Source: Clostridia bacterium (GTDB lineage: Bacteria > Bacillota > Clostridia > UMGS1840). Taken from it: a DNA stretch of 64,000 nt. Positions 11,492-22,025 of this stretch are shown here, piece by piece; position 1 is the stretch's first letter, and every line of letters starts with the position of its first letter. The stretch is from contig JAZQGY010000029.1 in assembly GCA_045540295.1 (NCBI GenBank), positions 114,983-178,982 of the forward strand, given 5' to 3'. Below the pieces are notes generated by a model. The model was not told the DNA's origin. It made no database searches and saw only the letters and a list, made by a program, of their open reading frames with translations. A program made the translations under genes and the position numbers.

Positions 11492-11514
11492 TGATATTCT
11501 CCTTCAAGTGAGAT

Positions 11515-11967
11515 TTATGCTTCTAACACAGCTCCGTCTTCTATTTGTGCAATCATATTGACACGTCTTTCGTGACGTTCCCCCTGAAACTCAGCATCTA
11601 ACCAGTGTTTCAGAATCATTTTTGCAAGCTCTGGTCCTACTACCCGAGCTCCCATTGCCAAAATGTTTGCATTATTATGCTCTTTGGCAAGCTTGGCGGA
11701 ATAAGGCTCTGTGCAAACAACTGCACGAATTCCTTTGACTTTATTGGCAGCAATAGAAATGCCAACACCGGTTCCACATAACAAAATACCGCGGTCACAT
11801 TCACCGTTAGCAATGGCAAGTGCCACTTTTTGTGCATAAACAGGGTAGTCTGCACGCTCCGATGAGTATGCACCGAAGTCTTTATATTCCAGGTTATATT
11901 CTTTTAAAACTTCAATTACAGCTTCTTTTAATTCAAAACCAACGTGATCGTTGCCGATTGCTATCAT
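11515..11967 (-). CDS. rpiB: Ribose-5-phosphate isomerase B
   Basis: MIAIGNDHVGFELK.., CGTGVGISIAANKVKGIRA. About 150 aa, typical of the RpiB/LacAB family. Confidence 0.9.
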   Translation of the reverse strand: MIAIGNDHVGFELKEAVIEVLKEYNLEYKDFGAYSSERADYPVYAQKVALAIANGECDRGILLCGTGVGISIAANKVKGIRAVVCTEPYSAKLAKEHNNANILAMGARVVGPELAKMILKHWLDAEFQGERHERRVNMIAQIEDGAVLEA

Positions 11968-11982
11968 TTTTTGTTCTCCTTT

Positions 11983-13086
11983 TTATTTCACCATTGTTAA
12001 GATATGTTCGCATAATTTTTCCGTGGAATCCGGTTTTTTAATAAGCTGAATGTTGCTAAGCATTGCGTTAATCTTTTTTTCATCCATAAATAATTGCGCA
12101 ATGACTTCATCTACCGGACTGGTTTTTGAAATTTTCATACAGGCGCCGAAATTTAAAAGAAATTCCAGGTTTCGTTCTTCCTGTCCCGGGATAGGTTTAA
12201 AAATTGCCATGGGAAGTTCTTTTGCCAACGATTCGGAGACTGTAAGACCGCCGGGTTTTGTGATGATACAGTCAGATGCATCCATCAGCTTGTCCACATT
12301 GTTAACAAAGCCAAAGTTATGGACTTTGTGTTTGTAGTTTGCTTTATCAATTTTTTTCTTTAGTTTTTTATTATTTCCGCAAACGGTAATCATCTGAAAC
12401 GTTTGGTCGACGGAATCGATGTGCTTTATCATTTTCGCAATGTTTCCGTAGCCCATACTGCCACTCATTACTAAAATTGTGGGGATGTCTTCCAGCTCCA
12501 GCTCCTGTTTTACAGTTTTTTTGTCAGCTTTAGTGCGGAATTTTTCAAAAATGGGAATCCCGAAAGGAAGTAGCTGTTCTTTGCGGAATCCTTTTTTAAT
12601 CATCGAGGGAATCAGATACTCATTTGGTAATACATAATAGTCCAGTTGGGTAACTTCCCAATGAGGATGTACTTTGAAATCCGTAACAACGCCTACCGTG
12701 GGGTAGGTAATCCCGTGATCTTTTAAATAGGTCATTAAAAGAGCGGCATACACATGAGTACAAACCACAACATCGGGCTTATATTCTTCCAAAAATCTTT
12801 CCATTTTTTTGTGGAACAACGAATTTGTAATTTGTAACAGCGCGGTATTGGAGGATTTATTCTCCATTTTTTCTGCAAGACGGTAAAATTTACCGTATAG
12901 TTTAGGGGAGTATTTGGTGGAAAGCAAATACCCCTGTGAAAGTGTTTCTTTAATGGCAGGGCTGAAATATTCGTAGCAGTCCAGCTGCTTTACCTCATGA
13001 CCGTTTTGTTCCATATATGTGGTGATGGCTTTTCCGGTCTGATGATGACCTTGCCCTGTGGTAATCGATAAAATTAAAAGTTTCAT
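11983..13086 (-). CDS. Glycosyltransferase of the MGDG-synthase / UgtP-like family (diacylglycerol glycosyltransferase)
   Basis: N-terminus MKLLILSITTGQGHHQTGKAI is typical of the MGDG_synth domain. C-terminal GT-B region ITKPGGLTVSESLAKELPM. Confidence 0.72.
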   Translation of the reverse strand: MKLLILSITTGQGHHQTGKAITTYMEQNGHEVKQLDCYEYFSPAIKETLSQGYLLSTKYSPKLYGKFYRLAEKMENKSSNTALLQITNSLFHKKMERFLEEYKPDVVVCTHVYAALLMTYLKDHGITYPTVGVVTDFKVHPHWEVTQLDYYVLPNEYLIPSMIKKGFRKEQLLPFGIPIFEKFRTKADKKTVKQELELEDIPTILVMSGSMGYGNIAKMIKHIDSVDQTFQMITVCGNNKKLKKKIDKANYKHKVHNFGFVNNVDKLMDASDCIITKPGGLTVSESLAKELPMAIFKPIPGQEERNLEFLLNFGACMKISKTSPVDEVIAQLFMDEKKINAMLSNIQLIKKPDSTEKLCEHILTMVK

Positions 13087-13107
13087 AAAATCTACCTCGT
13101 TAAAGTA

Positions 13108-13686
13108 TTATTTCAAAACTTCCAGGCACATTCTGTTTGCAAGTGCACCAATTCTTCCTAATGCATATTGATCTTCCATCGCCGGGCGTTGTGCGCTGAG
13201 TCCGAAATGTCCGCATCCGGATTCATCAGCATCTGTTACAATGGAAAATCCAAGCACCATGCAGCAATCCTGGATGGCACGGAGAGTTGATTGCTGACCA
13301 CCATATTTGGTTGCACCAACACTAACGGCACAGGCAGGCTTTCCGAGAAATGCTTTTTTTGCGCGGGCATCTCTTGTTTTATCGAAGAAGCATTTCAACT
13401 GTGCACTCATGGAGCCAAAATATACGGGACTTGCAAAAATCATTCCGTCTGCATCCATACAGCGGTTCATAACATCTTCGAAAGATGTGCCGATATAACA
13501 GGAACGGTTACAGGGAGAGGAACAGCATACGCAGTAGGGTAGCTTTAATTTGCTGAGTTCTTCTCCAATATGTATGATTTCAAATGCCACACCTTTTTTT
13601 TCAATTTCCTGGCCCAACAGAGACAGTAGATAAAAGGTATTTCCATTGGCATTTGGGCTGGCATTGATAGCAATAATTTTTTTCAA
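13108..13686 (-). CDS. Flavodoxin-fold NAD(P)H-dependent FMN reductase / iron-sulfur flavoprotein-like protein
   Basis: MKKIIAINASPNANGNT flavodoxin-like start. Compact Cys cluster CVCCSSPCNRSC. FASPVYFGS motif. Confidence 0.65.
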   Translation of the reverse strand: MKKIIAINASPNANGNTFYLLSLLGQEIEKKGVAFEIIHIGEELSKLKLPYCVCCSSPCNRSCYIGTSFEDVMNRCMDADGMIFASPVYFGSMSAQLKCFFDKTRDARAKKAFLGKPACAVSVGATKYGGQQSTLRAIQDCCMVLGFSIVTDADESGCGHFGLSAQRPAMEDQYALGRIGALANRMCLEVLK

Positions 13687-13828
13687 AGTAAAAAACGTCC
13701 TTTCCGGTTTTCAAAACAAAATGACTCGTTCTTTGGTAATAGTTATGCAGGATGAGTTTGTCCGGATAACCTTATGTTTCAATTATATAACAATTTGATT
13801 AAAAAGTAAAGTTTTTTTCTGATTTTTA

Positions 13829-13857
13829 TTTACATTTTGTAAAGATGGTGCTATAAT
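13829..13857 (+). promoter_or_regulatory. Sigma-A-type promoter candidate for galE (TTTACA-17-TATAAT)
   Basis: TTTACA at 13829-13834, TATAAT at 13852-13857. Confidence 0.4.
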
Positions 13858-13896
13858 AAATCTGTAAAAAAGTATGCATGCAAATTGGAGGTACTT

Positions 13897-14910
13897 ATGA
13901 AAATTTTAGTAACCGGAGGCGCCGGATATATTGGCAGCCACACAGTTTTACTTCTTTTGGAAAATGGCTATGAAGTTGTGGTAGTGGATAACTTCTCCAA
14001 CAGCTGTTTCGAATCCTTGAAAAGGGTTATGGAAATCACCGGAAAAACCGTGGATTTTTATGAATGTGATATTAATGATTACAATAAATTGGATGAAATT
14101 TTTACCCAGCATGATATTTCTTCGGTAATTCATTTTGCAGGGTTAAAAGCAGTAGGGGAGTCGGTTTCTATTCCGCTTCGCTATTATGAAAATAATCTGA
14201 CCGGGACCTTTACTCTGTTGGAGGTTATGACAAAACATAATGTAAAGAAACTTGTGTTCTCTTCTTCTGCCACTGTTTACGGCGATCCTCATAAAGTGCC
14301 GATTACCGAAGACATGCCTAACTCTGCTACCAATCCTTACGGCAGAACCAAACTGTTCTTAGAACAGATATTATCCGATGTTTATGTATCCGATCACGAC
14401 TTTTCTATTTCATTACTCCGTTATTTCAATCCCATCGGCGCTCATCATAGCGGAAAAATCGGAGAAGACCCCAAAGGTATTCCCAATAATCTGATGCCCT
14501 ACATTACCCAGGTGGCTTCCGGCAAACTGAAGGAACTGAGTGTGTTCGGGGGGGATTATAATACCCATGACGGTACCGGAGTAAGAGATTTTATTCATGT
14601 AATGGACTTATCCATGGGGCATTTAAAAGCAATTGAATATATTCAGGATAAAAAAGGCGTATTTGTGCATAACTTAGGTACCGGTACCGGCTATAGCGTT
14701 CTGGATATTATTAAGGCATTTGAAGAAGCAAACGGCATTAAAATTGCCTATAAAATTACAGACCGCCGTCCCGGAGATATTGCAGAATGTTATGCCGATC
14801 CTACCAAAGCAAGAGAAGAACTTGGATGGCAGGCAACCAGAAACATTGTGGATATGTGCCGTGATGCATGGAATTGGCAAAAACAAAACCCCAACGGCTA
14901 CGAAGCCTAA
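13897..14910 (+). CDS. galE: UDP-glucose 4-epimerase
   Basis: [20 protein letters not shown] (YxxxK), typical GalE length. GGAGG (13887-13891) lies upstream of ATG 13897. Confidence 0.93.
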   Translation: MKILVTGGAGYIGSHTVLLLLENGYEVVVVDNFSNSCFESLKRVMEITGKTVDFYECDINDYNKLDEIFTQHDISSVIHFAGLKAVGESVSIPLRYYENNLTGTFTLLEVMTKHNVKKLVFSSSATVYGDPHKVPITEDMPNSATNPYGRTKLFLEQILSDVYVSDHDFSISLLRYFNPIGAHHSGKIGEDPKGIPNNLMPYITQVASGKLKELSVFGGDYNTHDGTGVRDFIHVMDLSMGHLKAIEYIQDKKGVFVHNLGTGTGYSVLDIIKAFEEANGIKIAYKITDRRPGDIAECYADPTKAREELGWQATRNIVDMCRDAWNWQKQNPNGYEA

Positions 14911-14968
14911 TTTCTTTTCTTTCACTTGTTTAAAAAATCAATTATAAATTTTTTGGAGGATTATCACT

Positions 14969-16762
14969 ATGATAAAAAGAATTTTATCGTTTGTTCTCTG
15001 CATTATGATTCTGGCAAGCACTATGGCGTTTGCTGCATCCTTTAAGGATGTGACAAAAGAAAGTCACAGCTGGGCGTATGACGCAATTTATGATATGGCA
15101 GACAGGGGAATTATCAACGGTATCTCCGAAACTGAATTTGCTCCTGATGTGAATGTAACAAAAGTGCAGGCAATGCTTTTGATTGCACGAATCCTTGGAT
15201 ATAACACTACTGCTGTCAGCGACAATATCAACAGCATTTACTCTGTGTATGCAGATGATTTGGCTGAACTGAATACCATTTATAAAAAAGAATTAGCTTA
15301 CCTGATTTTCCGTGATGTTTTCAGCGTGGATGAAATTCTGGAAGCGAAGCTGGAAGCACCGTTGAGCCGCGAAGAAGCTGCTTTATACATTACCAAAGCT
15401 GCAGACGGTGTGGAAGAAATGAATGCCATTACTGTTGTTTTAAATACTTTTGCAGATGATGCAGAGATTTCTGAAGATTTCAGAAAAGCAGTTTACTATG
15501 TAAGAGATCAGGAACTGATGAACGGTACCGGTGATAATAATTTCTCTCCGAAAACAAATGTTACCCGTGCGCAGATGGCAACCTTGTTGTACCGTATGAT
15601 GGATAATATCGACATTACTATTACAAAAGGTACTGTTGATAGCATTAACATTAGTGAAAACACTGCAAAAATCTTTGTAGTAACCAATACTTATGATATT
15701 GGTGAAGATGTTTTAATCAGAAACCGCGGTGTGGAAATTGAACCGAAGGATTTATTTGCAGGTTCACACGCTGTTGTAAAAATGATTGACAATAAAATCG
15801 TTGCAGTAGACACTTTCTTTGATTTACCTGAAGTTACCGATACTGTTGATGGTGAAGTAAAAAGCGTAAATACTTCACAGAGCTCTCTGCAACTGAAAAA
15901 TCCTGATACCGGCGAAATTATCACTTATGAACTCTCCGGTAAATCAAAAATCGTGGTAAACGGTTCTGACGGCACTTTAGCTCATGTAAGAAGCGGAGAC
16001 TATGCTGTTTTAGATTTGAATCAGTATAATAAAATTGTAAATCTGACCATCACTGATGCGTCTGGAAAATTATCTGATGTTACCATTTCTGATATTGTCA
16101 TCGAAGATACCCACGTAGTTTTGAAATTAAAAAATGCCGCAGGTCATGTAGAAGCATATACCATTAGTTCCGATGCTGTGATTAAAAAGAACGGAAGCAA
16201 AGTTGAGTTTTCTGCCTTAGGCGTGGGAGACAAGCTTTCCGGTGTTACTTTAAAATTCAACCGAATTGTAGAAATTGAAGCTTTCTCTGAAATAAAATCC
16301 ACCTCCGGTACAATTTCTGAAATCCTGATTTCTGCAGATTCCAAGGTTACCTTAATGAACGGTAATGTGCCTAACTCCTTTAGTATTGGAAAAGATACCA
16401 AATTCTATGTGTTTGGTGAAGTGAAAACTATTTATGATTTAAGACTGGGTCAGTTTGCAAAAGTTACTTTAGACGGTGCAACCGTTTCCAAAGTTGAAGT
16501 TTCCACACAGTCTCAGAGTGCGAATGCAACCGGTATTGTGCAGTCTGTTAACACAACCGCTAATGTGATTTCCGTGATTGATACCGATGGAAACAACGTT
16601 AGTGTTTACGTAAGTCCCAGCAAGACTAAAATTATTGATAACAATTCTACCAGTGCACTTTCCAAATCGATTAAAGATATTAAAGCCGGAGATGCAGTTG
16701 TTTGTATTGGTGTATTAACCAACGGCGTATTTGAAGCTCAAACGATTGTAATAACCAAATAA
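14969..16762 (+). CDS. Secreted SLH-domain cell-wall protein
   Basis: Signal peptide MIKRILSFVLCIMILASTMAFA. SLH repeats (FKDV...WAYDAIYDMADRGIINGISETEFAPDVNVTKVQAMLLIARIL; ..NGTGDNNFSPKTNVTRAQMATLLYRM). Long beta-rich C-terminal region. Confidence 0.8.
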   Translation: MIKRILSFVLCIMILASTMAFAASFKDVTKESHSWAYDAIYDMADRGIINGISETEFAPDVNVTKVQAMLLIARILGYNTTAVSDNINSIYSVYADDLAELNTIYKKELAYLIFRDVFSVDEILEAKLEAPLSREEAALYITKAADGVEEMNAITVVLNTFADDAEISEDFRKAVYYVRDQELMNGTGDNNFSPKTNVTRAQMATLLYRMMDNIDITITKGTVDSINISENTAKIFVVTNTYDIGEDVLIRNRGVEIEPKDLFAGSHAVVKMIDNKIVAVDTFFDLPEVTDTVDGEVKSVNTSQSSLQLKNPDTGEIITYELSGKSKIVVNGSDGTLAHVRSGDYAVLDLNQYNKIVNLTITDASGKLSDVTISDIVIEDTHVVLKLKNAAGHVEAYTISSDAVIKKNGSKVEFSALGVGDKLSGVTLKFNRIVEIEAFSEIKSTSGTISEILISADSKVTLMNGNVPNSFSIGKDTKFYVFGEVKTIYDLRLGQFAKVTLDGATVSKVEVSTQSQSANATGIVQSVNTTANVISVIDTDGNNVSVYVSPSKTKIIDNNSTSALSKSIKDIKAGDAVVCIGVLTNGVFEAQTIVITK

Positions 16763-16780
16763 TTTTGCTCTATCAAAAAA

Positions 16781-16811
16781 CGGTGAATCTAAAAAGATTC
16801 ACCGTTTTTTT
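16781..16811 (+). terminator. Rho-independent terminator
   Basis: CGGTGAATC-taaaaa-GATTCACCG followed by TTTTTTT. Confidence 0.85.
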
Positions 16812-16885
16812 AATGAATTTGGGAACTTGATCGTGGCTTCCCGTTGTATCATTTGTGTCAGTTTCTTTTTTTGGAAACAGTCATG

Positions 16886-17563
16886 TTATTTCATCAGATC
16901 AAAAAAGGACTGTGCATAAAGATCAGCTGTTTTTTGAATGTTTTTTCCATCTTCTTTAGCACATTCGTCAAACAGAGCAACAACAGAAAACCCTCCGTTT
17001 TTTGCGGATATTACTGAGAAATAAGCATCTTCGAATACAACTGTGTTTTGTATGTTGCCACCTAAGCGTTGCATAGCCTCCAGATAAATGTCTGGAGTTT
17101 CCTTTGTTTTTCCAATATCGGTGCAGGTCATTACAAATTCAAAATAGGGAAGGACACCGGTTCTTTGCAGTGCGGATTCTGTTAAGTGGCGTTCGGATGC
17201 TGTGGCAACGCACATAGGAATCTTTCTGGAATGTAGCAGCTTGATAAAATCCATTACATAGGGTTTTAGAGGTGCTTCTTCCTCATAGCCTTTTCGCACG
17301 GTATTTGTAAAAATGTCAAGGAGTTCTTCTGCACTGATGTCAATGGGAAAGTGTTCTTTGATATAGCGGGAAGACTGATCCAATGTCATGGTTTTAAACC
17401 GTTTATCTAAATCTTCGTCGGGATAAATCCCCATAGGATTCAACACTGTTTTCCCCAAATTGATCCAGATAGGCATGGAATCCAGGAGGGTTCCGTCTAA
17501 GTCAAAAATTGCGTATTTCATATTCGCCAAAAGTTCTTGAGCTGTTTTTTTGTTTCGTTCCAT
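16886..17563 (-). CDS. HAD-superfamily hydrolase (beta-phosphoglucomutase-like subfamily IA)
   Basis: AIFDLDGTLLDS motif I, ATAS motif II, FEDA motif near the C-terminus. Confidence 0.8.
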   Translation of the reverse strand: MERNKKTAQELLANMKYAIFDLDGTLLDSMPIWINLGKTVLNPMGIYPDEDLDKRFKTMTLDQSSRYIKEHFPIDISAEELLDIFTNTVRKGYEEEAPLKPYVMDFIKLLHSRKIPMCVATASERHLTESALQRTGVLPYFEFVMTCTDIGKTKETPDIYLEAMQRLGGNIQNTVVFEDAYFSVISAKNGGFSVVALFDECAKEDGKNIQKTADLYAQSFFDLMK

Positions 17564-17602
17564 AGATGAATAGAGCCTTTCGTCATAAAACTATAGGATG
17601 AA

Positions 17603-17628
17603 AAAAGGATATACCAGGTATATCCTTT
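17603..17628 (-). terminator. Terminator-like hairpin downstream of the ABC transporter operon
   Basis: AAAAAGGATATACC-AGGTATATCCTTTTT; symmetric, with T-runs on both strands. Confidence 0.55.
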
Positions 17629-17638
17629 TTGTTTCTTA

Positions 17639-18385
17639 TTAAGTATGGTAACTTTGCAGAAACGCATGAAGACGTTCACTTTTCGGATGGTCAAAGACTT
17701 CTTCCGGAGTGCCTTGTTCCACGATAACACCGTTATCAATAAAAATAACCTGATCGGAAACATCTCTGGCAAATGACATCTCGTGTGTAACAATCACCAT
17801 TGTGGTTTTTTGGTCTGCAAGTCGTTTAATTACTTTTAAAACCTCTCCGGTTAATTCGGGATCCAACGCAGAGGTAGGCTCGTCAAAGCATAAAATATCA
17901 GGGTTTAATGCAAGCGCACGTGCAATCGCCACTCGTTGTTGTTGTCCGCCGGAAAGTTCGCAAGGATAACTGTTAATTTTGGAGGAAAGTCCAACTTTTT
18001 CAATTAAATCTAACGCTTTTTTTTCAATGTTTTCCGGAGTATCTACCTTTAAAAGGGTGGGTGCCAGGGTGATGTTTTTTAACACGGTGTATTGAGGAAA
18101 CAGGTTGAAGGACTGGAATACCAATCCGAAATGAAGACGCATACTACGAATGTATTGCTCATTCATTTTGTCCTTTTTTGCACCGTCATAAATCACTTTT
18201 CCGTTAACGGCAATGGTTCCGCTTTCTGCGAATTCCAAAAAGTTTAAACAGCGAAGAAGAGTTGTTTTTCCACCGCCTGAGGAACCGATAATGGAAAGCA
18301 CTTCACCTTTTTTGATGGAAAAGCTAACTCCTTTTAAAACATCGGTTTTACCGAAACTTTTCATAAGATTGGTTACTTCTAACAT
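17639..18385 (-). CDS. Polar amino-acid ABC transporter, ATP-binding protein
   Basis: GSSGGGKTT Walker [16 protein letters not shown] signature, [12 protein letters not shown] Walker B. GlnQ/ArtP-like length. Confidence 0.9.
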   Translation of the reverse strand: MLEVTNLMKSFGKTDVLKGVSFSIKKGEVLSIIGSSGGGKTTLLRCLNFLEFAESGTIAVNGKVIYDGAKKDKMNEQYIRSMRLHFGLVFQSFNLFPQYTVLKNITLAPTLLKVDTPENIEKKALDLIEKVGLSSKINSYPCELSGGQQQRVAIARALALNPDILCFDEPTSALDPELTGEVLKVIKRLADQKTTMVIVTHEMSFARDVSDQVIFIDNGVIVEQGTPEEVFDHPKSERLHAFLQSYHT

Positions 18386-18399
18386 AGGGACCTACCTTT

Positions 18400-19047
18400 T
18401 TATACTTTATAGTAACTGAGCTTCTTTTCTATGTATCCGAAAATCAGTGTTAAAATGCCGCAGAAGGCAAGATAAAACGCGCCGGAATAGAACAGGGGCC
18501 ACAAGATGTGTTCGCTATTCATCATTCGTTTTGCGTTCCAGGTGATTTCGTAAATCATAATGGTATTGGCAAGAGAAGTATCCTTTACCAGCGTTAGAAA
18601 TTCATTGCTCATGGGAGCAATAATTCTTTTTACCACTTGCATTAAGATGATTTTAAAGAACACCTGCCGTTTGGTCAGACCAAGAACGGCACCTGCTTCG
18701 TATTGACCTTTTGGAATGCTTTCAATACTGCCACGGAATATTTCAGAGAAATAGCAAGAGTAGTTTAATACAAAAGCAAAAATTACCGCAGAGAATAAGT
18801 TGATTCCTTTTACACCCATTAACCCGGGGCCAAAACCAAATGCGATTAACTGCAGCATCAAAGGAGTTCCGCGAATAATCCAAATTAAAGTTTTGATTGG
18901 GTATTTGATGATTTTCAGTTTGCTCATGGAACCAAAGGAAATAATCAGCCCCAGGGGCAATGCCATCACAAGTGTTAAACCGAATATTTTAAGTGTTGTT
19001 ACAAAGCCTTCCAAAAGGCTGAATGTAACCTTGAGAAAAAGTTGCAT
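18400..19047 (-). CDS. Polar amino-acid ABC transporter, permease
   Basis: About 215-aa five-TM HisM/GlnP-type permease with an EAGAVLGLTKRQVFFKIILMQ (EAA-loop) motif. Confidence 0.85.
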   Translation of the reverse strand: MQLFLKVTFSLLEGFVTTLKIFGLTLVMALPLGLIISFGSMSKLKIIKYPIKTLIWIIRGTPLMLQLIAFGFGPGLMGVKGINLFSAVIFAFVLNYSCYFSEIFRGSIESIPKGQYEAGAVLGLTKRQVFFKIILMQVVKRIIAPMSNEFLTLVKDTSLANTIMIYEITWNAKRMMNSEHILWPLFYSGAFYLAFCGILTLIFGYIEKKLSYYKV

Positions 19048-19063
19048 AGTAACCTCTTAATTG

Positions 19064-19113
19064 AAGAAAAAAGGGTTGTTTCGAAAAGAATCGCTTCATT
19101 TTGATACAACCCT
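19064..19113 (-). terminator. Intra-operon hairpin/attenuator after the substrate-binding gene
   Basis: On the minus strand, AGGGTTGT...ACAACCCT stem followed by TTTTTTC. Confidence 0.4.
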
Positions 19114-19134
19114 ATTCTTTATTTTGATGTAAAA

Positions 19135-19914
19135 TTAGAACGCCAGGTTCAGTTCGTATTTTTCAGCCAGATCGGGTAAGGTACCGTCTGCGTATAATTC
19201 GTCGATTGCGTTGTTTACAGCTTCCTGCAGTTCGGCATCAGTCAGTCTGAATCCGATACCGTATTCTTCAGTAGTCAGTTCAACACCGTAGGTGTAATCT
19301 TCATAGCTGGTGCCGGGAGCGGTGGAAGCTTTTGCCATGGTGATGTCGATAACACAAGCATCAGCCTGACCTGCAGCTACAGCCATTAAAGCATCAGTCT
19401 GTGCAGCAACAGGTGCATAGTTTGCATCTAAACCGTTATCTTTGATTGCCTGTTCACCTGCAGAACCTGCTTCAGCAGCAAATTTTAAGCCTTTTAAGCT
19501 TTCAACGGTGGTGTAGTTTGCGATATCATCTTTCGCCATTACAACAACCTGTGCATTTTTAACGTATGCTTTGGATACCAGACAGTTTGTTTTTACTTCA
19601 TCAGAAATGGTCATACCATTCCAGATACAGTCAATCTGATCAGCGTCTAAGGTAACAAATTTAGTATCCCAGTTAATTTCAACAAATTCGGGAGTCATAT
19701 CCAGTTTTTCACAAACTGCTTTTGCAAATTCGGTATCAAAACCGGTTAATTCGCCAGCGTCATCTAAGTAGTTCATAGGTTCGTAAATGGTATAACCGAT
19801 AACCAGTTTTTCCGCTTTATCAGAATTAGCGGTTTCGGTGGGAGCGGGCTGACATCCGGCGAAGAGCAATAACATGCTCAAAACCAAAGCTAAAAGTTGC
19901 ATTGTTTTTTTCAT
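19135..19914 (-). CDS. Polar amino-acid ABC transporter, substrate-binding lipoprotein
   Basis: Lipobox LLFAGC after the signal peptide. Type-3 periplasmic-binding-protein-like sequence (IGYTIYEPMNYLD.., IDCIWNGMTI). Confidence 0.85.
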   Translation of the reverse strand: MKKTMQLLALVLSMLLLFAGCQPAPTETANSDKAEKLVIGYTIYEPMNYLDDAGELTGFDTEFAKAVCEKLDMTPEFVEINWDTKFVTLDADQIDCIWNGMTISDEVKTNCLVSKAYVKNAQVVVMAKDDIANYTTVESLKGLKFAAEAGSAGEQAIKDNGLDANYAPVAAQTDALMAVAAGQADACVIDITMAKASTAPGTSYEDYTYGVELTTEEYGIGFRLTDAELQEAVNNAIDELYADGTLPDLAEKYELNLAF

Positions 19915-20115
19915 GATTGTAAGTCTCCTTTTGCATTAAAAAAATTTTTCTAAATAATATGCTCACTTATTTTAACATATTCTGTTTGAAAAATCAACAA
20001 TAAATTTGTATTTTTATTAATTTTAGGAATATTTTTTTGTTTTTCTTTAAAGTTTGACAAAAAAGTCCGTATATGATATAATGAAAAAAACAAAAACTGA
20101 GCTTGGAGAACAACT

Positions 20116-20784
20116 ATGCAGATTCCCATTACCAACCGGTTGCGGACAGTTGCTGAGATGATTGGTGAGACAGAAATACTGTGCGATATCGGATGTGATC
20201 ACGGCTATTTACCCATCTACTTAATCAAACAGCAAAAGATAAAATATGCGTATGCCTGCGATTTACGTGACGGGCCGTTGCAGACTGCAGCCAAAAACAT
20301 TGCAGCTTTCCATATGAAAGATGTTGTTAAAACTGTGAAAAGCGACGGCTTAAAAGAACTTTCCGATAAAAAAATCAATGTGATTTCTATTTGCGGAATG
20401 GGTGGACGCCTGATTGCAAAAATTCTTGAAAACGACCTAAAAATTGCACATCAGGCCGACTATATGGTGCTGCAACCCCAAAGTGAAATTCCGGTGTTAA
20501 GAAGATTCCTTGCGGAAAACGGATTTTATATCCAGGAAGAAAGAGTTGCGTTAGAGGATCGGCGATTCTATATAATGATGCGTGTTTTTTCGGGGGACGA
20601 GTTATACTGCGATGAAATGAGTTATATATTGGGGCAACAGCTTTTAGTAAGAAAAGATGACCTAACCAGACAATACTTTTCCAAGGAACTCAGCCGTCAT
20701 CAAGCGATTTTGGATGTCCGGAAAGGCAATGAAGATGTATCAATGATTCAAAGAATTATTGATGAACTGAAAAAATATAGGTAG
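20116..20784 (+). CDS. trmK: tRNA (adenine22-N1)-methyltransferase TrmK
   Basis: RLRTVAEMI...DIGCDHGYLPIYL...ISICGMGGRLIAKIL closely parallels B. subtilis TrmK (YqfN). Confidence 0.75.
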   Translation: MQIPITNRLRTVAEMIGETEILCDIGCDHGYLPIYLIKQQKIKYAYACDLRDGPLQTAAKNIAAFHMKDVVKTVKSDGLKELSDKKINVISICGMGGRLIAKILENDLKIAHQADYMVLQPQSEIPVLRRFLAENGFYIQEERVALEDRRFYIMMRVFSGDELYCDEMSYILGQQLLVRKDDLTRQYFSKELSRHQAILDVRKGNEDVSMIQRIIDELKKYR

Positions 20785-20875
20785 AATGTATATATTTTTT
20801 GTAAATATATGCAAAAAAAACTTGAATTGTTCACAGTTTTATGTTATAATTATTAGAAGATTTTTGACAATGGAT

Positions 20876-20904
20876 TTTGATTTCTTACGTTTCAAGAAAT
20901 CAAA
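20876..20904 (+). promoter_or_regulatory. Perfect 11-bp inverted repeat in the leader of the PucR-family regulator gene
   Basis: TTTGATTTCTT-acgtttc-AAGAAATCAAA. No T-tract follows, so this is not a canonical terminator. Confidence 0.5.
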
Positions 20905-20928
20905 CAAAAAAAGATAGGATGGTTTTGT

Positions 20929-22014
20929 ATGATTCATAAACATTTTCAAAGTGCTGTGTATCAGTTTGTGGGAATTATTGAATACCCGTTTGGTATTTTG
21001 GATGAAAACAGCACTGCAATTGCATGTTCTAATAATATGAGTTTAGGAAAATATTTTCCAATTGATCTGGAACTTTTGAGTGATGGTTCCGTCATAGTAG
21101 AAGCTGGGGTAACCTATAAGCCCGTTTACGTGCGTTCGAAGCTGGAGTTCTGTATTTACGTGGAATCGGATACCGAAATGGCAAAAAAATACGCACAAAT
21201 GCTGGCAGCTACTTTTTCCAATATCAAACATTTTTATGAGGAAAAGTACGATGCAGGTAACTTTTTGAAAAACATTTTATTAGACAGTGTTCTTCCCGGT
21301 GAAGTATATGCCCGCTCCAAAGAATTGAAGCTTTCTTATGAAGTGCCCAGAGCAGTGTATCTTGTAAATCTTCCTGTTCAGGATGAAGGTAATGTGGCTG
21401 AGATTTTAGGAGGAATGTTCCCGGAAAAAGGGAAACAGTTTGTGATTCCCTTGGACGAAAAGAACATTGCTGTGATTTCAGAAATTTCTGAGGCGGATCG
21501 TTCCACCAAAAAACAGGAAGCTTTGGTATCCACTATTATCGACACCGTGCGGGCGGAAGCGATGATTAATATTTGCGTGGGAATCGGTTCGGTTGCACCA
21601 ACTTTAAGGGATGTTGCCGCTTCTTACCGTGAAGCGCAGGTTGCATTGGAAATTGGCAGAGTATTCGATGCTGATAAGGAGATTTTAAATTATGAATCTT
21701 TAGGAATCGGCCGATTAATTTATCAGTTGCCCGTAAAACTTTGTCAGATGTTCTTGGATGAAGTGTTTAAAAAAGATTCCATTGACAAACTGGATGCCGA
21801 AACACTGATGACCATTCAGAAATTTTTCAACAACAGTTTAAATATTTCCGAAACTTCCAGAAAGCTTTTTATTCACAGAAATACTTTAGTATACCGTTTG
21901 GATAAAATTCAGAAATTGACCGGATTGGATTTAAGAGAATTTGATGATGCTATTATCTTTAAGGTTGCTATGATGGTAAAGAAATATCTTTCCGCAAATG
22001 TGATGAAAATTTGA
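20929..22014 (+). CDS. PucR/CdaR-family transcriptional regulator
   Basis: C-terminal PucR-type HTH: SLNISETSRKLFIHRNTLVYRLDKIQKLTGLDLREFDD. Confidence 0.7.
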   Translation: MIHKHFQSAVYQFVGIIEYPFGILDENSTAIACSNNMSLGKYFPIDLELLSDGSVIVEAGVTYKPVYVRSKLEFCIYVESDTEMAKKYAQMLAATFSNIKHFYEEKYDAGNFLKNILLDSVLPGEVYARSKELKLSYEVPRAVYLVNLPVQDEGNVAEILGGMFPEKGKQFVIPLDEKNIAVISEISEADRSTKKQEALVSTIIDTVRAEAMINICVGIGSVAPTLRDVAASYREAQVALEIGRVFDADKEILNYESLGIGRLIYQLPVKLCQMFLDEVFKKDSIDKLDAETLMTIQKFFNNSLNISETSRKLFIHRNTLVYRLDKIQKLTGLDLREFDDAIIFKVAMMVKKYLSANVMKI

Positions 22015-22025
22015 GGTGCTAGGTA

